DNA of 64,000 nucleotides from Planctomyces sp. (GCA_005778225.1 SXPC01000069.1:3806-67805), one strand, 5' to 3'; numbered from the stretch's first letter, positions 9,808 to 20,736 are shown. Notes: generated by a model not told the origin, from the letters alone. Made by a program: numbers and translations.

Positions 9808-12800
9808 GAGTGATCGCCTCATCCAGGGACAACATCGAGCTGGCAACGACCATCCAGGAAGCAATGCCAGGAGCCGCGTCCTGTGAAAGAGCAGGGCGTT
9901 GACCGATCGAAGTGAATGCGACTGCTTCATCTGCATGCTGGCGGTAATACTCCGACGTCTCTTGCTGCAGTGAGCTGAAAATGCCCTGCTCGTCTGCTGA
10001 CAACTGCCGTTGAAGCAGGGCGCGAGCCAGCGTCTCCAGTTCCTTACTCTCGGAAGCAACCGCCGTCTCAGCTAACACGCGTGATGCTTCCAGGTACGTC
10101 ACATCATTCCACAACGTCAGCGCCTGCAGCGGCGTATTGGTCAACTTGGGCGCGACTTCACAGACACGACGCTCCGCATTATCAAACAAAAACGTCGGCG
10201 ATGACGACCGTCTCCAGAAAGCATACAGCGAGCGTCGATACTGCGACGGCCCCAGGTTCGGCTTGTAATCAAAACGCCCCATCGTGATCTCCGCCCACAC
10301 TCCATCCGGCTGCCACGGTTTCACCGGAGGACCGCCAATCGTGCTATTGAGCAGGCCAGACGCTTTCAGAGCCGCATCCCGGAGCATCCAGGCTGGCAGT
10401 CGATAACGATTCGCCCGCGCCAGCAGACGATTCTCAGGATCGCTCGCGAGCAGCGCCCCACTCAGATCGCTGGATTGCTGATAGGTCCTGCTCAGCACCA
10501 TCAGCTTAATGAGATACTTGACGTCCCAGTTATGCTCCATGAATTCGATGGCCAGCCAGTCGAGCAACTCAGGATGCGTCGGCTGTTCTCCCTGAAGCCC
10601 AAAGTCACCCGGAGTTCGCACGAGCCCTTGACCGAACACAAGCTGCCACAGGTGATTGACGATCACGCGTGACGTCAACGGGTTCTCTCGCGAAACGATC
10701 CAGTTCGCCAGATCCAGGCGTGTCGGCCGATCATTGGTTGGCCACTCCAGAAACTGATCCAGTAAAGCGGGATGAACGACTTCTCCCTTGGCATCCCAGA
10801 CGCCGCGTTCGAGCAAATAACTTGTCCTCGGCTGCGACTTCTCAGACAGCACCATGACGCTCTGCTCACGTCGCGACTTTTCAGTCTCCTTGAGCTGCTG
10901 AGTGGCTCGCTCCAGTCGATCCTTCGACGCCTGATACCCTTCATGGTCAATCAAATACTGTTCGAGCAATCGTTCCCTGAGCTGCGGGTCAAGTTGGGAT
11001 AAACTCCACGCTGTCGGGGCGCCATCGGCATCCGCCACCTCCGCCCGAGCCGCGTTGACGAACTCTTCAAACGGCGATGGAGACAGCGATTCGACTGGTA
11101 ACCCCGCCTGATCCGTCACGAGCAGACGAAAACGACCAATATTTCCATCCCCCGGCGTCGAACGATGCATCAGTGTCAACGTCAGACGCTCATCGTCAGC
11201 CAGTATCAGCGGCTCGGTCAATCGGATCACGACAGACATCTTCGACATGTCTTTCGCCCCAATTGATGACCAGCCATTCCGCGGATCATCATTGAGGAGA
11301 TTCTGGACACTGTTATAGCCGGTCTCCGTTTTTCCTCGCTCGGCTTCGTAATCTGCGAACGCATCATTCATCTCGATCTCACGAACCTGAGACGAACCGA
11401 CTCGCGCCACCGACAGTTTGACATTCGAAAGAATGAACTCTCCAGACTTGCCTCGCGACCATCTGCTATCGGTATGAGATGGATCAGTCAGAACTTCCAG
11501 TCGAACGCCCGTCAGTCGTTTGACATCGGCTGGCAGCGTGAACGTCAAGCGATAATCTTCATGATGCGGATGCACGCCAGTCGTCTGCACGATGCCATCC
11601 GGCGAGATCTCAAACTGCGTCCCATGCAACGAACTCAGCTCTGGTCGTTCTATGGGCTTCCACGTCTCAAACGACGCTGGCAACGTCTTGACGACATCCG
11701 TCAGCCAGCCATCAAACTCGCGCACAGCCAGCTCGCGGGCTGCTTCCCGTTCCTTCTGACACGCTTCTTTGAAATCCTTCGCCTGTTCATAAACGGACTC
11801 CGCCAACGGCGAGCGATATTTCAGATAGGGCTTCGCGCTCATCCCCGCCCGGCCATCTTCATCAATACTGTCGAAGAACGCCGCCAGCTCGTAGTAATCG
11901 CGATGCTCAATCGGATCGAACTTGTGTGAGTGACACTGTGTGCAGCCCAGCGTTAAGCCGAGGAAGACGGTCCCTGTCGTATTGACACGATCGATGACAT
12001 AATCAATGCGAGACTCTTCCGGATCGCGTCCCCCTTCGCCGTTGGTCATGTGATTGCGATGAAAGCAGGTCGCCAGTCGCTGCTCATCAGTGGCATTCTC
12101 CAGAAGGTCACCTGCGAACTGCTCGACAATGAACCTGTCAAACGGCTTATTCTCATGGAACGACTGAACCACCCAGTCCCGCCAAGGCCAGTTCTCTCGC
12201 TCGGCATCAATCTGGAATCCATCAGTGTCCGAATAACGAGCCGCATCCAGCCACCACATCGCCATCCGCTCACCAAACTGAGGGCTCGCGAGGAGGCGAT
12301 CAACCAGCTTTTCATAGGCATTCTCAGATCGATCCGCCATCGCTGCATCGAACACTTCGACCGATGGCGGCATTCCAGTCAGATCGAAATACAACCGTCG
12401 CACAAGCGTCCCTCGATCAGCCATTAGCGATGGCTGAAGCATTGCCTGCGCTAAACGCTTCTGTACGAACGCGTCAATCGGATGTGCGTTCGACACAGGG
12501 ACATCTGGACGCGTAGGCTTTTCAAATGACCAGTGTCGTCCCCATTGTGCTCCTTCTTCGATCCACTGTCTGAGAATTGCAATCTCGCGTTCAGACAGTG
12601 GCTTTCGATGGGAGGACGCGGGCGGCATGCGGAGATCGTCATCATGACTGACAATGCGGGCCAGTAGTTCGCTCTCATCCGGCTTGCCGGGGTTGATCGC
12701 GATTGTCCCATCGCGATCCTTCACCGCTTCCTCGCGCAGATCCAGACGCAGACCAGCTTCGCGCGTCATCGGATCCGGACCATGACAGTGAAAACAGCGA

Positions 12801-12934
12801 TCCGATAGTAGCGGTAGGACATCCCGACTAAAGCGTATCTCCTCACCGCCGAGAGCAGTCGACGATGTCATTGCTCCTGCCAGTATCAGGCAGAGAATCA
12901 GACAGCAGGTTTTGAGGTCAGGGATCATGGCCAC
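9800..12934 (-). CDS. Planctomycete cytochrome c / DUF1549 / DUF1553 protein
   Basis: Signal peptide, CFHCHGPD, CTQCHSHKFDPI, PTHPELLDWLA. Confidence 0.9.
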   Translation of the reverse strand: MAMIPDLKTCCLILCLILAGAMTSSTALGGEEIRFSRDVLPLLSDRCFHCHGPDPMTREAGLRLDLREEAVKDRDGTIAINPGKPDESELLARIVSHDDDLRMPPASSHRKPLSEREIAILRQWIEEGAQWGRHWSFEKPTRPDVPVSNAHPIDAFVQKRLAQAMLQPSLMADRGTLVRRLYFDLTGMPPSVEVFDAAMADRSENAYEKLVDRLLASPQFGERMAMWWLDAARYSDTDGFQIDAERENWPWRDWVVQSFHENKPFDRFIVEQFAGDLLENATDEQRLATCFHRNHMTNGEGGRDPEESRIDYVIDRVNTTGTVFLGLTLGCTQCHSHKFDPIEHRDYYELAAFFDSIDEDGRAGMSAKPYLKYRSPLAESVYEQAKDFKEACQKEREAARELAVREFDGWLTDVVKTLPASFETWKPIERPELSSLHGTQFEISPDGIVQTTGVHPHHEDYRLTFTLPADVKRLTGVRLEVLTDPSHTDSRWSRGKSGEFILSNVKLSVARVGSSQVREIEMNDAFADYEAERGKTETGYNSVQNLLNDDPRNGWSSIGAKDMSKMSVVIRLTEPLILADDERLTLTLMHRSTPGDGNIGRFRLLVTDQAGLPVESLSPSPFEEFVNAARAEVADADGAPTAWSLSQLDPQLRERLLEQYLIDHEGYQASKDRLERATQQLKETEKSRREQSVMVLSEKSQPRTSYLLERGVWDAKGEVVHPALLDQFLEWPTNDRPTRLDLANWIVSRENPLTSRVIVNHLWQLVFGQGLVRTPGDFGLQGEQPTHPELLDWLAIEFMEHNWDVKYLIKLMVLSRTYQQSSDLSGALLASDPENRLLARANRYRLPAWMLRDAALKASGLLNSTIGGPPVKPWQPDGVWAEITMGRFDYKPNLGPSQYRRSLYAFWRRSSSPTFLFDNAERRVCEVAPKLTNTPLQALTLWNDVTYLEASRVLAETAVASESKELETLARALLQRQLSADEQGIFSSLQQETSEYYRQHADEAVAFTSIGQRPALSQDAAPGIASWMVVASSMLSLDEAITHE

Positions 12935-13158
12935 ACCAACATGCCGAATGGCGAAGGATCACCAGGAAGGCGGCATTCAGCAGGGGACGTCAGACGGTTA
13001 GAAGACGAGGTCTTCTTCGAGTGGCGATTCCGACAAATCGCGGTGGGGCCTCAAGAACTCGCGAACACCCGTTACTATACCATCCCACTGCATCAAATCA
13101 AGCAGTACCAATATTTCACAAAGCTCTCTGTGATCAGGCGTAACAGCTACGAGTTGGA

Positions 13159-13247
13159 TGTGTGCCACGGCTGTGTCAGCCGTGCAGTGTTCATTCAAAG
13201 TGGACGTTCGTTGCGCGAAGACACGGCTGACACAGCCGTGGCACACA
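13159..13247. repeat. REP/REPIN-like inverted repeat, family A copy 1
   Basis: 26-bp perfect IR TGTGTGCCACGGCTGTGTCAGCCGTG ... CACGGCTGACACAGCCGTGGCACACA. Confidence 0.8.
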
Positions 13248-13309
13248 GGGAATAGAGTCGATTGGCTGGTGAACCGTTGCAACGAGAAAAAGCGGCCACG
13301 CCCTCCCGA

Positions 13310-14173
13310 TTATTCTGTAGTCAGTTCCTGCTTCACTGTCACCTCACCGTCAACCATCTGCACAATGAACTTGTCATTCTCGGCTGGAGAGACGGTCTTC
13401 TTCGGATCATTGTCAGCCACAAAGGCAAACGTGACTTTCGGGCTTCGGCAGTATTTGTGGGACCGCACGATTTTGGGCAGCAGTGTGAACGTCTGCTCGC
13501 CGACCGAATAAGTCACTTCTGACGTGGTCTCGTTCTTGACCTGAAACTCTCTCATTGCCGACAGCGGTCGCCCGAACAGATGAACGGCATAATAGACACC
13601 CGTCGTCGCGTTCCGTGCGACACCGATGCCCGTTTCGGTCACGTCTGCATCGAGCAGGTTCTCGCGATGGCCAGGCGATTTCTTCCAGCCGTCCATCAGC
13701 GTCTCAGACAGACTTTTCACGCTGTAAGCCTGCGTGCTGTAGGTAAAGGCGATGTTCTCTAGCGCCAGGCACGGCATGTAGCCCGCTTCTTTAGCGCGAT
13801 CCAGGAAGTTCCGCCCGTCAGCTTCGTGGCCATACTTGCTATTGTCAGCCATGTACTGGGCAAATTTCTGAGCCGCTGTTTTCAGCGATTCACTGATCAC
13901 CAGTTTCGACTTCTTTTCAGACGCTCGGAACTTGTTGGTCAGACTCAGAATCTGCTCGGCTGTCTCATTCAGATCGGGAGTGGCGGTCGGTTTTTCCACG
14001 GGCTTCAGCGACTTCAGGAACGCCTGATGCGGATCCTCTGGTTTTTGTTCCTGCGCGATCACAACACCTGTGCACAGCATTGCCAGGATCATCGTGTACA
14101 CGAAAACAACACTCCTGCTTCGAACTGACTTCGACACAACGTACCCTCCTGATTGATCACTCTCCAAGGACAT
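13310..14173 (-). CDS. CAP (SCP-like) domain secreted protein
   Basis: ENIA, WKKSPGHRENLL, TGIG motifs; signal/TM segment. Confidence 0.85.
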   Translation of the reverse strand: MSLESDQSGGYVVSKSVRSRSVVFVYTMILAMLCTGVVIAQEQKPEDPHQAFLKSLKPVEKPTATPDLNETAEQILSLTNKFRASEKKSKLVISESLKTAAQKFAQYMADNSKYGHEADGRNFLDRAKEAGYMPCLALENIAFTYSTQAYSVKSLSETLMDGWKKSPGHRENLLDADVTETGIGVARNATTGVYYAVHLFGRPLSAMREFQVKNETTSEVTYSVGEQTFTLLPKIVRSHKYCRSPKVTFAFVADNDPKKTVSPAENDKFIVQMVDGEVTVKQELTTE

Positions 14174-15539
14174 GTTTCAACGCTGACTTCAAATCAGGAT
14201 ACTCGTAGCGGTAACCCGTGTCTTTCAATTTTTGCGGTTCCATGCGCGTACTCGCCAAAAGCAACGCCTCCGCCATTTCTCCAAACATCATCTTCAACGC
14301 GAACGCTGGAGCGGGCACCATCGTTGGTCTCGAAAGAACCTGTCCCAAAGCTTGAGTAAACTCGCGATTGGTCGGCGCCTCGGGTGAAGAGAAATTGACA
14401 GGCCCCGAGTACGCCTCATTCTGAATCAAGTCATGAATCGCGTAGATCACATCATCCAGAACGATCCAACTCCAGAACTGCTTCCCACTGCCAACGACGC
14501 CACCTGCACCGAGTTTGAACGGCGTCAGCATCTTGGCGAGCGCACCACCTGCTGCAGAGAGGATGATTCCAAAGCGTGGATGGACGATGCGAATCCCTTT
14601 CTCTTTGGCAGCCCGTGTTGCATTCTCCCAGTCAATGCACGTCTCGGGCAGAAAGCCGTTGCCTGCAGACGAATTCTCAGACAGAACTTCATCGCCACGA
14701 TCCCCATAGAACCCAGATGCAGAGGCGCTGACGAGGACCTTGGGCGGATTCGCCAACTTCGCCAGCGTTTCCGACAATAGGGTCGTACTTTCGACCCGGC
14801 TGGCCCGAATCTTCTCTTTGACCTCGTTCGTCCAGCGTCCTGCTGCGATGTTCTCTCCCGCTAAATGGACGATGGCATCAAAGCCTTCCAGCTGAGAGGA
14901 ATCGAGCTGGCGTTGTCGAATGTCCCAGAGAATCTCGTGATACAGACGCAGCTTCGATGGAGAGCGAGTCAGAACAGACACCTCATGACCACCCGTCGAC
15001 AGAAACGCACACAACTGGCTTCCGACCAACCCTGACGCTCCCGTCACCAGGATTTTCAGACGCGGTCGCTCAGCATACTGGGCGTGTCGAACAAGGTCAG
15101 CTTTGAGAATCTGATGGCGATACTTGAACATTGCCTCAAGCTTGCTTGTGACAAAGCCTTCCCCGAAGACCTCGCCGAGCTTCCCCATCGGCAACTCGTA
15201 ATTGATATCGTCAATCAGGCGAGACTGTTGATCGCCAAGTCGTTCAAAACGATGACTATGAAACCATGACGCAAATGGCCCTTTGACCTGTCTGTCTTGG
15301 AACTGGACGTTCTGAATATAGCCTTCATGCCTGGCGTGCAGATCTTGCTGCACAATCGCCTTCACCTTTGCGATGAGCGTATCCCCATCGCGGATGGTCC
15401 CTGTCTTGTCGATGACTTCGACCGGTTCCCAGGGGGGCGTCAAACGTTGAAACGCCCCGGTTCGTTCATGCCATGCAAATGCTGTCTCGACAGACACAGG
15501 CAGGTCGACCTGCTTCAGGAAATGATGCATCTGCGACAT
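14157..15539 (-). CDS. TIGR01777-type epimerase/oxidoreductase with N-terminal SRPBCC domain
   Basis: TGASGLVG, HLAGENI, ASASGFYG motifs; N-terminal WHER...RLTPPWE. Confidence 0.85.
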   Translation of the reverse strand: MSQMHHFLKQVDLPVSVETAFAWHERTGAFQRLTPPWEPVEVIDKTGTIRDGDTLIAKVKAIVQQDLHARHEGYIQNVQFQDRQVKGPFASWFHSHRFERLGDQQSRLIDDINYELPMGKLGEVFGEGFVTSKLEAMFKYRHQILKADLVRHAQYAERPRLKILVTGASGLVGSQLCAFLSTGGHEVSVLTRSPSKLRLYHEILWDIRQRQLDSSQLEGFDAIVHLAGENIAAGRWTNEVKEKIRASRVESTTLLSETLAKLANPPKVLVSASASGFYGDRGDEVLSENSSAGNGFLPETCIDWENATRAAKEKGIRIVHPRFGIILSAAGGALAKMLTPFKLGAGGVVGSGKQFWSWIVLDDVIYAIHDLIQNEAYSGPVNFSSPEAPTNREFTQALGQVLSRPTMVPAPAFALKMMFGEMAEALLLASTRMEPQKLKDTGYRYEYPDLKSALKHVLGE

Positions 15540-15633
15540 GAGGAGCGATCTTTCGTCAAAGTGGATCAACGACCATACGAGTCATTATTGACGTCACGCC
15601 ACCACCGACCAGCGCAAACATCGCTGGTCCCAA

Positions 15634-16152
15634 TTACCGCAACTGCTTTTTAGGCATCATCGCCTGACGGATTTCCTTCGACATCGTTTCTTTCTTCATC
15701 TTCTCACGCTTGTCGTGCAGTTTACGACCGCGGGCGATCGCCAGCTGAACTTTCACCAGGCCACGCTTGAAATACATGGTCAGCGGGACGAGGGTCTGGC
15801 CGCGCTCTTTGGCAGAGTCAGCGAACTTCTTGAGTTCACGCCGATGCAGCAGCAGTTTGCGAACCCGTCGGGGAGGGTGTTTGTAAACACTTGCCTGTTT
15901 GAGTTCACCAATGTGGCAGCCCAGCAGCCAGAGTTCGTTGTCCCGCATCGACGCAAACGCTTCTTCGATCGACACCTGACCTTCGCGAATACTCTTCACT
16001 TCCGTCCCGTGAAGCATGATCCCACATTCGATCTCGTGGAGGATTTCGTACTCGTGACGCGCGCGACGATTCTGGCAGATCAATTCGATCGGCGGCTCCT
16101 TCTCCTTCGGGGAGGCAACAGCTTTGGCAGGTTTTCCACTCATGATCTTCAT
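15634..16152 (-). CDS. smpB: SsrA-binding protein
   Basis: NRRARHEYEI..ECGIMLHGTEVKSIR, RKLLLHRRE, GRKLHDKRE. Confidence 0.95.
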   Translation of the reverse strand: MKIMSGKPAKAVASPKEKEPPIELICQNRRARHEYEILHEIECGIMLHGTEVKSIREGQVSIEEAFASMRDNELWLLGCHIGELKQASVYKHPPRRVRKLLLHRRELKKFADSAKERGQTLVPLTMYFKRGLVKVQLAIARGRKLHDKREKMKKETMSKEIRQAMMPKKQLR

Positions 16153-16322
16153 CTTTAATGTCTGGAAACGGGACGATTACGACGCCTGTAACGATTGCGG
16201 GGATCAAAAGGGTCTTACCCCGACGACGCGTCAGATCATCCGTTTGACGATGTCATTCTACAACATAGTCTTCATTCCGAGTACTCTCAATTTGTACGCC
16301 ACCTGTTGTGCGGAATTCGATC

Positions 16323-17915
16323 ATGATCCAGACCGATAAGAAACTCTCGCTGACCGAATTCCTGGAGGAGATCAAACAGCAGAAAAACCGCACCGACGAT
16401 TCGGTTTCGAAAATCGATCTCCAGGCGTTTTTGAGTACGCAGGAACCGTCAACGTCTGTCCTGAATCGTCCCGCCGTCGCGGCGACTCCCCTGGCAACCA
16501 AATCGCTGGTTGAATCCTCAAAGGCAAAAATCCCGCCCAGACCTGTTTCTGCTCCCTCGGCCTCGGATAAGCCGGTTGCACTCAAACGAGACTCACATCT
16601 TTCGGAATTGTTCGACCGCGTCAACATGCTTCTTGGTGATCGCGTCAATGTCGATGCTCCATTCATCCCCAAGTGTCCAGAGACCCTGCGGGAAACCGGT
16701 CTGGTCGATGATGATATCGAACGCATCATCATGAAGTTTCTGGGCTCCTCTGGTTCTGCTTCGGGACGGGAGATCTCGATGCAGCTCCGGCTCCCCTATA
16801 AACTCATCCAGCCGATGCTCCAGCAGTTCAAGTATGACCAACTCGTGTCCCTCAAGGGGTCTGCGGAGATGGGCGACTATATTTACCAGATTACAGACGC
16901 TGGCCGTGAACGGGCTCGACGTTATTCCGCCGAATGTACGTACTTCGGATCTGCTCCCGTTCCTCTGCGCGATTACCTGCATGCCATGGAACGCCAGTCG
17001 ATCGCCAAACAGCAGGTGACCGAAGACCACCTCCGCGATGCCTTCAAAGACCTTCTGATCGCTCCCGACCTGCTTGACCGACTGGGGCCCGCGATCAATT
17101 CCGGACGAGGGATGTTCCTGTTCGGCGAGCCCGGTAACGGCAAGACGTCGATCGCAGAACGGATCACCCGCTGTTTTGGCTCATCGATCTGGATTCCTCG
17201 AACTCTCGGCATCGATGGGGACATCGTTCGTCTCTATGACCCGGGAATCCACGAACCGGTTCAGGTGGATAATACGGATGGCCTGTTTGACCTCTCTGGC
17301 GTCGACCAGCGATGGATTCTCGTTCAACGCCCGACCGTCATCGCAGGAGGCGAACTGACCATGAATGAACTGGAAGTTGTCCAGAACCTCCAGACGAAAA
17401 TCTGCGAAGCGCCACTCCAGCTCAAATCAAACTGCGGCACCCTCGTCATCGACGACTTCGGGCGCCAGCGCATGCCGGTCGAAGAACTTCTCAACCGCTG
17501 GATCGTCCCGCTCGAAAAACGCTACGACTTCCTGAACCTGCCGAGCGGCAAGAAGATCCAGGTTCCCTTCGATCAACTGATCGTCTTCTCGACAAACCTC
17601 GAACCCAAAGACCTCGTCGATGGGGCGTTCCTGCGACGGATCCCCTATAAGATCGAAGTCCCCGACCCAACGCGCGACCAGTTTACGAAACTCTTCGAGA
17701 TCATGTCTCCCAAACTCGGCTTCGAGTTCGACCGGGAAGCCGTCGATTATCTGATCGAGAAGCACTACCTGGCGATCAACCGCCCTTTCCGTGCCTGCCA
17801 GCCACGCGACCTGTTACTGCAGGTCCGCAACTTCTGCATTTACAAACAACTTCCCAAAAAGATCTCTCCAGCCGGGTTTGACTTTGCCGTCAGTAATTAC
17901 TTCTCCGTCATGTGA
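16323..17915 (+). CDS. AAA+ ATPase
   Basis: Walker A GEPGNGKT, Walker [21 protein letters not shown]. Confidence 0.85.
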   Translation: MIQTDKKLSLTEFLEEIKQQKNRTDDSVSKIDLQAFLSTQEPSTSVLNRPAVAATPLATKSLVESSKAKIPPRPVSAPSASDKPVALKRDSHLSELFDRVNMLLGDRVNVDAPFIPKCPETLRETGLVDDDIERIIMKFLGSSGSASGREISMQLRLPYKLIQPMLQQFKYDQLVSLKGSAEMGDYIYQITDAGRERARRYSAECTYFGSAPVPLRDYLHAMERQSIAKQQVTEDHLRDAFKDLLIAPDLLDRLGPAINSGRGMFLFGEPGNGKTSIAERITRCFGSSIWIPRTLGIDGDIVRLYDPGIHEPVQVDNTDGLFDLSGVDQRWILVQRPTVIAGGELTMNELEVVQNLQTKICEAPLQLKSNCGTLVIDDFGRQRMPVEELLNRWIVPLEKRYDFLNLPSGKKIQVPFDQLIVFSTNLEPKDLVDGAFLRRIPYKIEVPDPTRDQFTKLFEIMSPKLGFEFDREAVDYLIEKHYLAINRPFRACQPRDLLLQVRNFCIYKQLPKKISPAGFDFAVSNYFSVM

Positions 17916-17961
17916 TCTCTGTGACGAACGAGGCGTCCACCAGCCAATCAACGCCATTCCC

Positions 17962-18037
17962 TGTGTGCCACGGCTGTGTCAGCCGTGGAAGTGGACGTTC
18001 ATTGCGGGAAGACACGGCTGACACAGCCGTGGTACAC
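17962..18037. repeat. REP/REPIN-like inverted repeat, family A copy 2
   Basis: Same arms as 13159-13247 and a shared spacer AAGTGGACGTTC; between convergent genes. Confidence 0.8.
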
Positions 18038-18092
18038 CTCTAACTCACAGCTCATTTAACGCATGACCGATCGCTCTCACGGAGGCGGAACT

Positions 18093-19139
18093 CTAAACGA
18101 AACATCCCTGCACGCGAGGATCTTCGTCGATCATTTGCAGCAAGCGTTCGGCTGAACCTGGCTCGCTGAGAATTGTGTATCGTTCCGGACGCAGCTTCGG
18201 AGCAGCCTCCAATGCCTTCTGCCAGTCTGATCGCAAAAATGGATCGCGACGGATGGCGTCGAAAAATCCTGTTTCATCGAGCAGTCGGCCGATGGTCTCA
18301 TGCTCATGGTGTTGAAGTTGTGAGACCAGATAGGTCGCGACGCCAACCTGCAACCCATGCAAACGGGGGCGTTCTGCAAAGTGATCCAGCGAATGCGAAA
18401 TATTATGTTCGCTGCCACTGGCTGGCCTTGAGGAGCCGCAGATTTCCATCGCGATGCCATTGAGCATCAAAGCCGTACCGAGCAGTCTTGCGCCCTCGGG
18501 ATCATGTCGTGGACATGCCATGAATTGACGCACGGTGGAATCGGACAGCAAAGCCGCGAGATCGTTGACCGGTTCACCATGCTTATGAAACGCGAGCTTC
18601 CAGTCCTTCACCGCCGTGATCTTCGCGACCAGATCACCAACACCAGACAGCCAGAGATCACGGGGAGCCTCCAGGCAAACCTGTGTGTCGACGATCACGC
18701 CATGAGGCAGTCGCGACTTCATAGACTTACGTCGGCCATTGAGTGTCAGGCTCGATTGCGGACTGCAGAACCCATCATTTGACAGCGATGTCGGCACAGC
18801 TAGAAACGGCACATTCGCCAGGAACGCCACATACTTGGCGACATCGAGCGCTTTTCCACCGCCATACCCCACAATCGCCTGAGCATCCGCAGGGAGCTTC
18901 GACAGCGATGCGACCGCCGATTCAAACGAGGCATCATTGACTTCATCAATCAGCAATGTCTGGATCGAAGCCGACTTGAGCGATTCGTTCATCCGTTTCT
19001 GAAGTGACTCAATCAGTCCATGGCTATGCAGAACCACCACTTTCTTGAGATCCGCCCGGTGCAGATAGATCCCGATTCGATCCAGTGCACCGGGCTTCAT
19101 CCGAACCAGGGCAGGAACGTGTACCATCGGTATCAACAT
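18093..19139 (-). CDS. Glycerol-1-phosphate dehydrogenase-like (Fe-ADH/DHQS superfamily)
   Basis: GGGKALDVAK, PTSLSNDG, SSRPASGSEH, HGLQVG. Confidence 0.8.
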   Translation of the reverse strand: MLIPMVHVPALVRMKPGALDRIGIYLHRADLKKVVVLHSHGLIESLQKRMNESLKSASIQTLLIDEVNDASFESAVASLSKLPADAQAIVGYGGGKALDVAKYVAFLANVPFLAVPTSLSNDGFCSPQSSLTLNGRRKSMKSRLPHGVIVDTQVCLEAPRDLWLSGVGDLVAKITAVKDWKLAFHKHGEPVNDLAALLSDSTVRQFMACPRHDPEGARLLGTALMLNGIAMEICGSSRPASGSEHNISHSLDHFAERPRLHGLQVGVATYLVSQLQHHEHETIGRLLDETGFFDAIRRDPFLRSDWQKALEAAPKLRPERYTILSEPGSAERLLQMIDEDPRVQGCFV

Positions 19140-19141
19140 GC

Positions 19142-19825
19142 TCAAGACTCCTTGCGCTTCGTAGTAAGTGCCTCTGCCACCTGAGTCCATTGATTGAACC
19201 GGCGAAACGGCGTTCCTTGCTCTTGGAAGTGAGACGCTAACCATCCCCTGGCAAATCTCAGTTCCGGCAAGACAAGATCAGCCGCCGGTTCATCAGGTCG
19301 TCCGTCACCTGCGAATGCGACGGTTTCAAAATTTGCGAGCGCCCAACGAACCACACCAGGCTTATCGACGCCGACGTCATGTGAATAGAACGGCGACTCC
19401 CTATCACGCGACATTCTCAGACACCCCTCCGGTGCAATGTCACCAGGATTGGAAACAACCGCGACCTCAATGCCGCGTTGCTCAAGCAGGTAGTTGATGT
19501 ACCACGAGGAACCAGCAGACACGATCACGACATCCCAACCCGCATCCTGCAGTCGTGTGATATCCTCTGCCAGATGCTTATCAACTCCTGTCTCATCTGC
19601 GAGCTTGAGTAATTCGTCCTGTCCGACTTTGAGCTGCGAGAAGATCTCGTTTAGGGCATCGAAATGCGTCAAACGCCCCTCGGTATAGTCATCCCAATAA
19701 CTGAGGTTGGCTTGATCGCCCAGGCTGTCCAGAACGCATTGATAAAAATCTTCATCCGTTATCGTCCCATCAAAATCCGAAACCAGCAGCTTCGAACGAG
19801 TAAAACAATAGGGGCCGATCTGCAC
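19142..19825 (-). CDS. MtnX-like HAD-IB phosphatase
   Basis: DFDGTIT, VSAG, GVDK, GDGRPD. Confidence 0.8.
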   Translation of the reverse strand: MQIGPYCFTRSKLLVSDFDGTITDEDFYQCVLDSLGDQANLSYWDDYTEGRLTHFDALNEIFSQLKVGQDELLKLADETGVDKHLAEDITRLQDAGWDVVIVSAGSSWYINYLLEQRGIEVAVVSNPGDIAPEGCLRMSRDRESPFYSHDVGVDKPGVVRWALANFETVAFAGDGRPDEPAADLVLPELRFARGWLASHFQEQGTPFRRFNQWTQVAEALTTKRKES

Positions 19826-19977
19826 GATAAGAAACTCGATGTTGTCGGGCGTTGAATGAAGGTGAGCTCTCCGCGATCATACCGAGATCGACCGAAAGAC
19901 GCCAAACGAGCAAAGCAACCTCGATCAAATTCGAGAAAAGTCCGTCACCTGAGCCCAGGTGGAAAGCATAAAAAGAA

Positions 19978-20032
19978 AGTGGCAACGGTCGGATTCGAAC
20001 CGACGACCCGCGGCTTATGAGTCCGCTGCTCT
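19978..20032. repeat. attL: 55-bp direct repeat of tRNA 3' part
   Basis: Identical to 58919-58973. Confidence 0.95.
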
Positions 20033-20130
20033 CGCTACATGATGAGCTAGACCTAACTTCCAATTGTGCTTAGCATCCGACCTTTCGCGATTCATAATTC
20101 AGGAATTCTACTTCGGAAGGAACCGAAAAA

Positions 20131-20574
20131 ATGAGCGGCTCGGATGCCATTCTCGTCACCCAAACGCCCGACGGAAAAACTGCTGATGACACCAGATTCA
20201 TTCTCGAAGACAAACACGGCGAGTTGGTCGAACGATTGACCACGTCTCGCGATCCTCGCCCGGTCGACTCAATTCCCCGCTGGCGGCCAGCTCCCCCGCT
20301 GCCAATGAAAGAGACGATCGCTGAGCCCGTCCCACGCGAGATCACCGACGAGCTGAAAGTGAAGCCTTGGGATCTGATGAACCGTGAGGAACGCCGGGCT
20401 CTCAAAAGGCTGATTCGACGCACGGAGAACGCCCGTCCCAACCTCGAAGATATCGAACAGATGGCGAAGTCTTTAGGCCTCGGCAAATACGCGACGCCAG
20501 AGATGATGAAGCCAATTCGTGCTGTGGTAATCGACGAGATTCACGACGGAAAACCACTCGCGCAGGCTGCGTAA
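20131..20574 (+). CDS. Prophage hypothetical protein
   Basis: AAGGA RBS; 147-aa ORF. Confidence 0.6.
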   Translation: MSGSDAILVTQTPDGKTADDTRFILEDKHGELVERLTTSRDPRPVDSIPRWRPAPPLPMKETIAEPVPREITDELKVKPWDLMNREERRALKRLIRRTENARPNLEDIEQMAKSLGLGKYATPEMMKPIRAVVIDEIHDGKPLAQAA

Positions 20575-20736
20575 TCATGACGGATCCCACGGTCAAAATG
20601 CTGGCCAGGATTCTTGGACCGTTTCCAAAAATCCGCCCCAGACTCACAGCGCGGAAGATCCCGGCCAGCGTCCTACGCCGCCGGGCTCGCTTCTTCGCAG
20701 CTCTCACACGGAAGCGATGAGCAAAGGAATCAAACC

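Noticed and set aside
13159-18037. CRISPR array
   Set aside because: Repeats are isolated inverted pairs, not regularly spaced direct repeats; no cas genes
19978-20049. Second functional tRNA gene
   Set aside because: Lacks the 5' acceptor strand and the conserved D-loop GG; it is the att duplication
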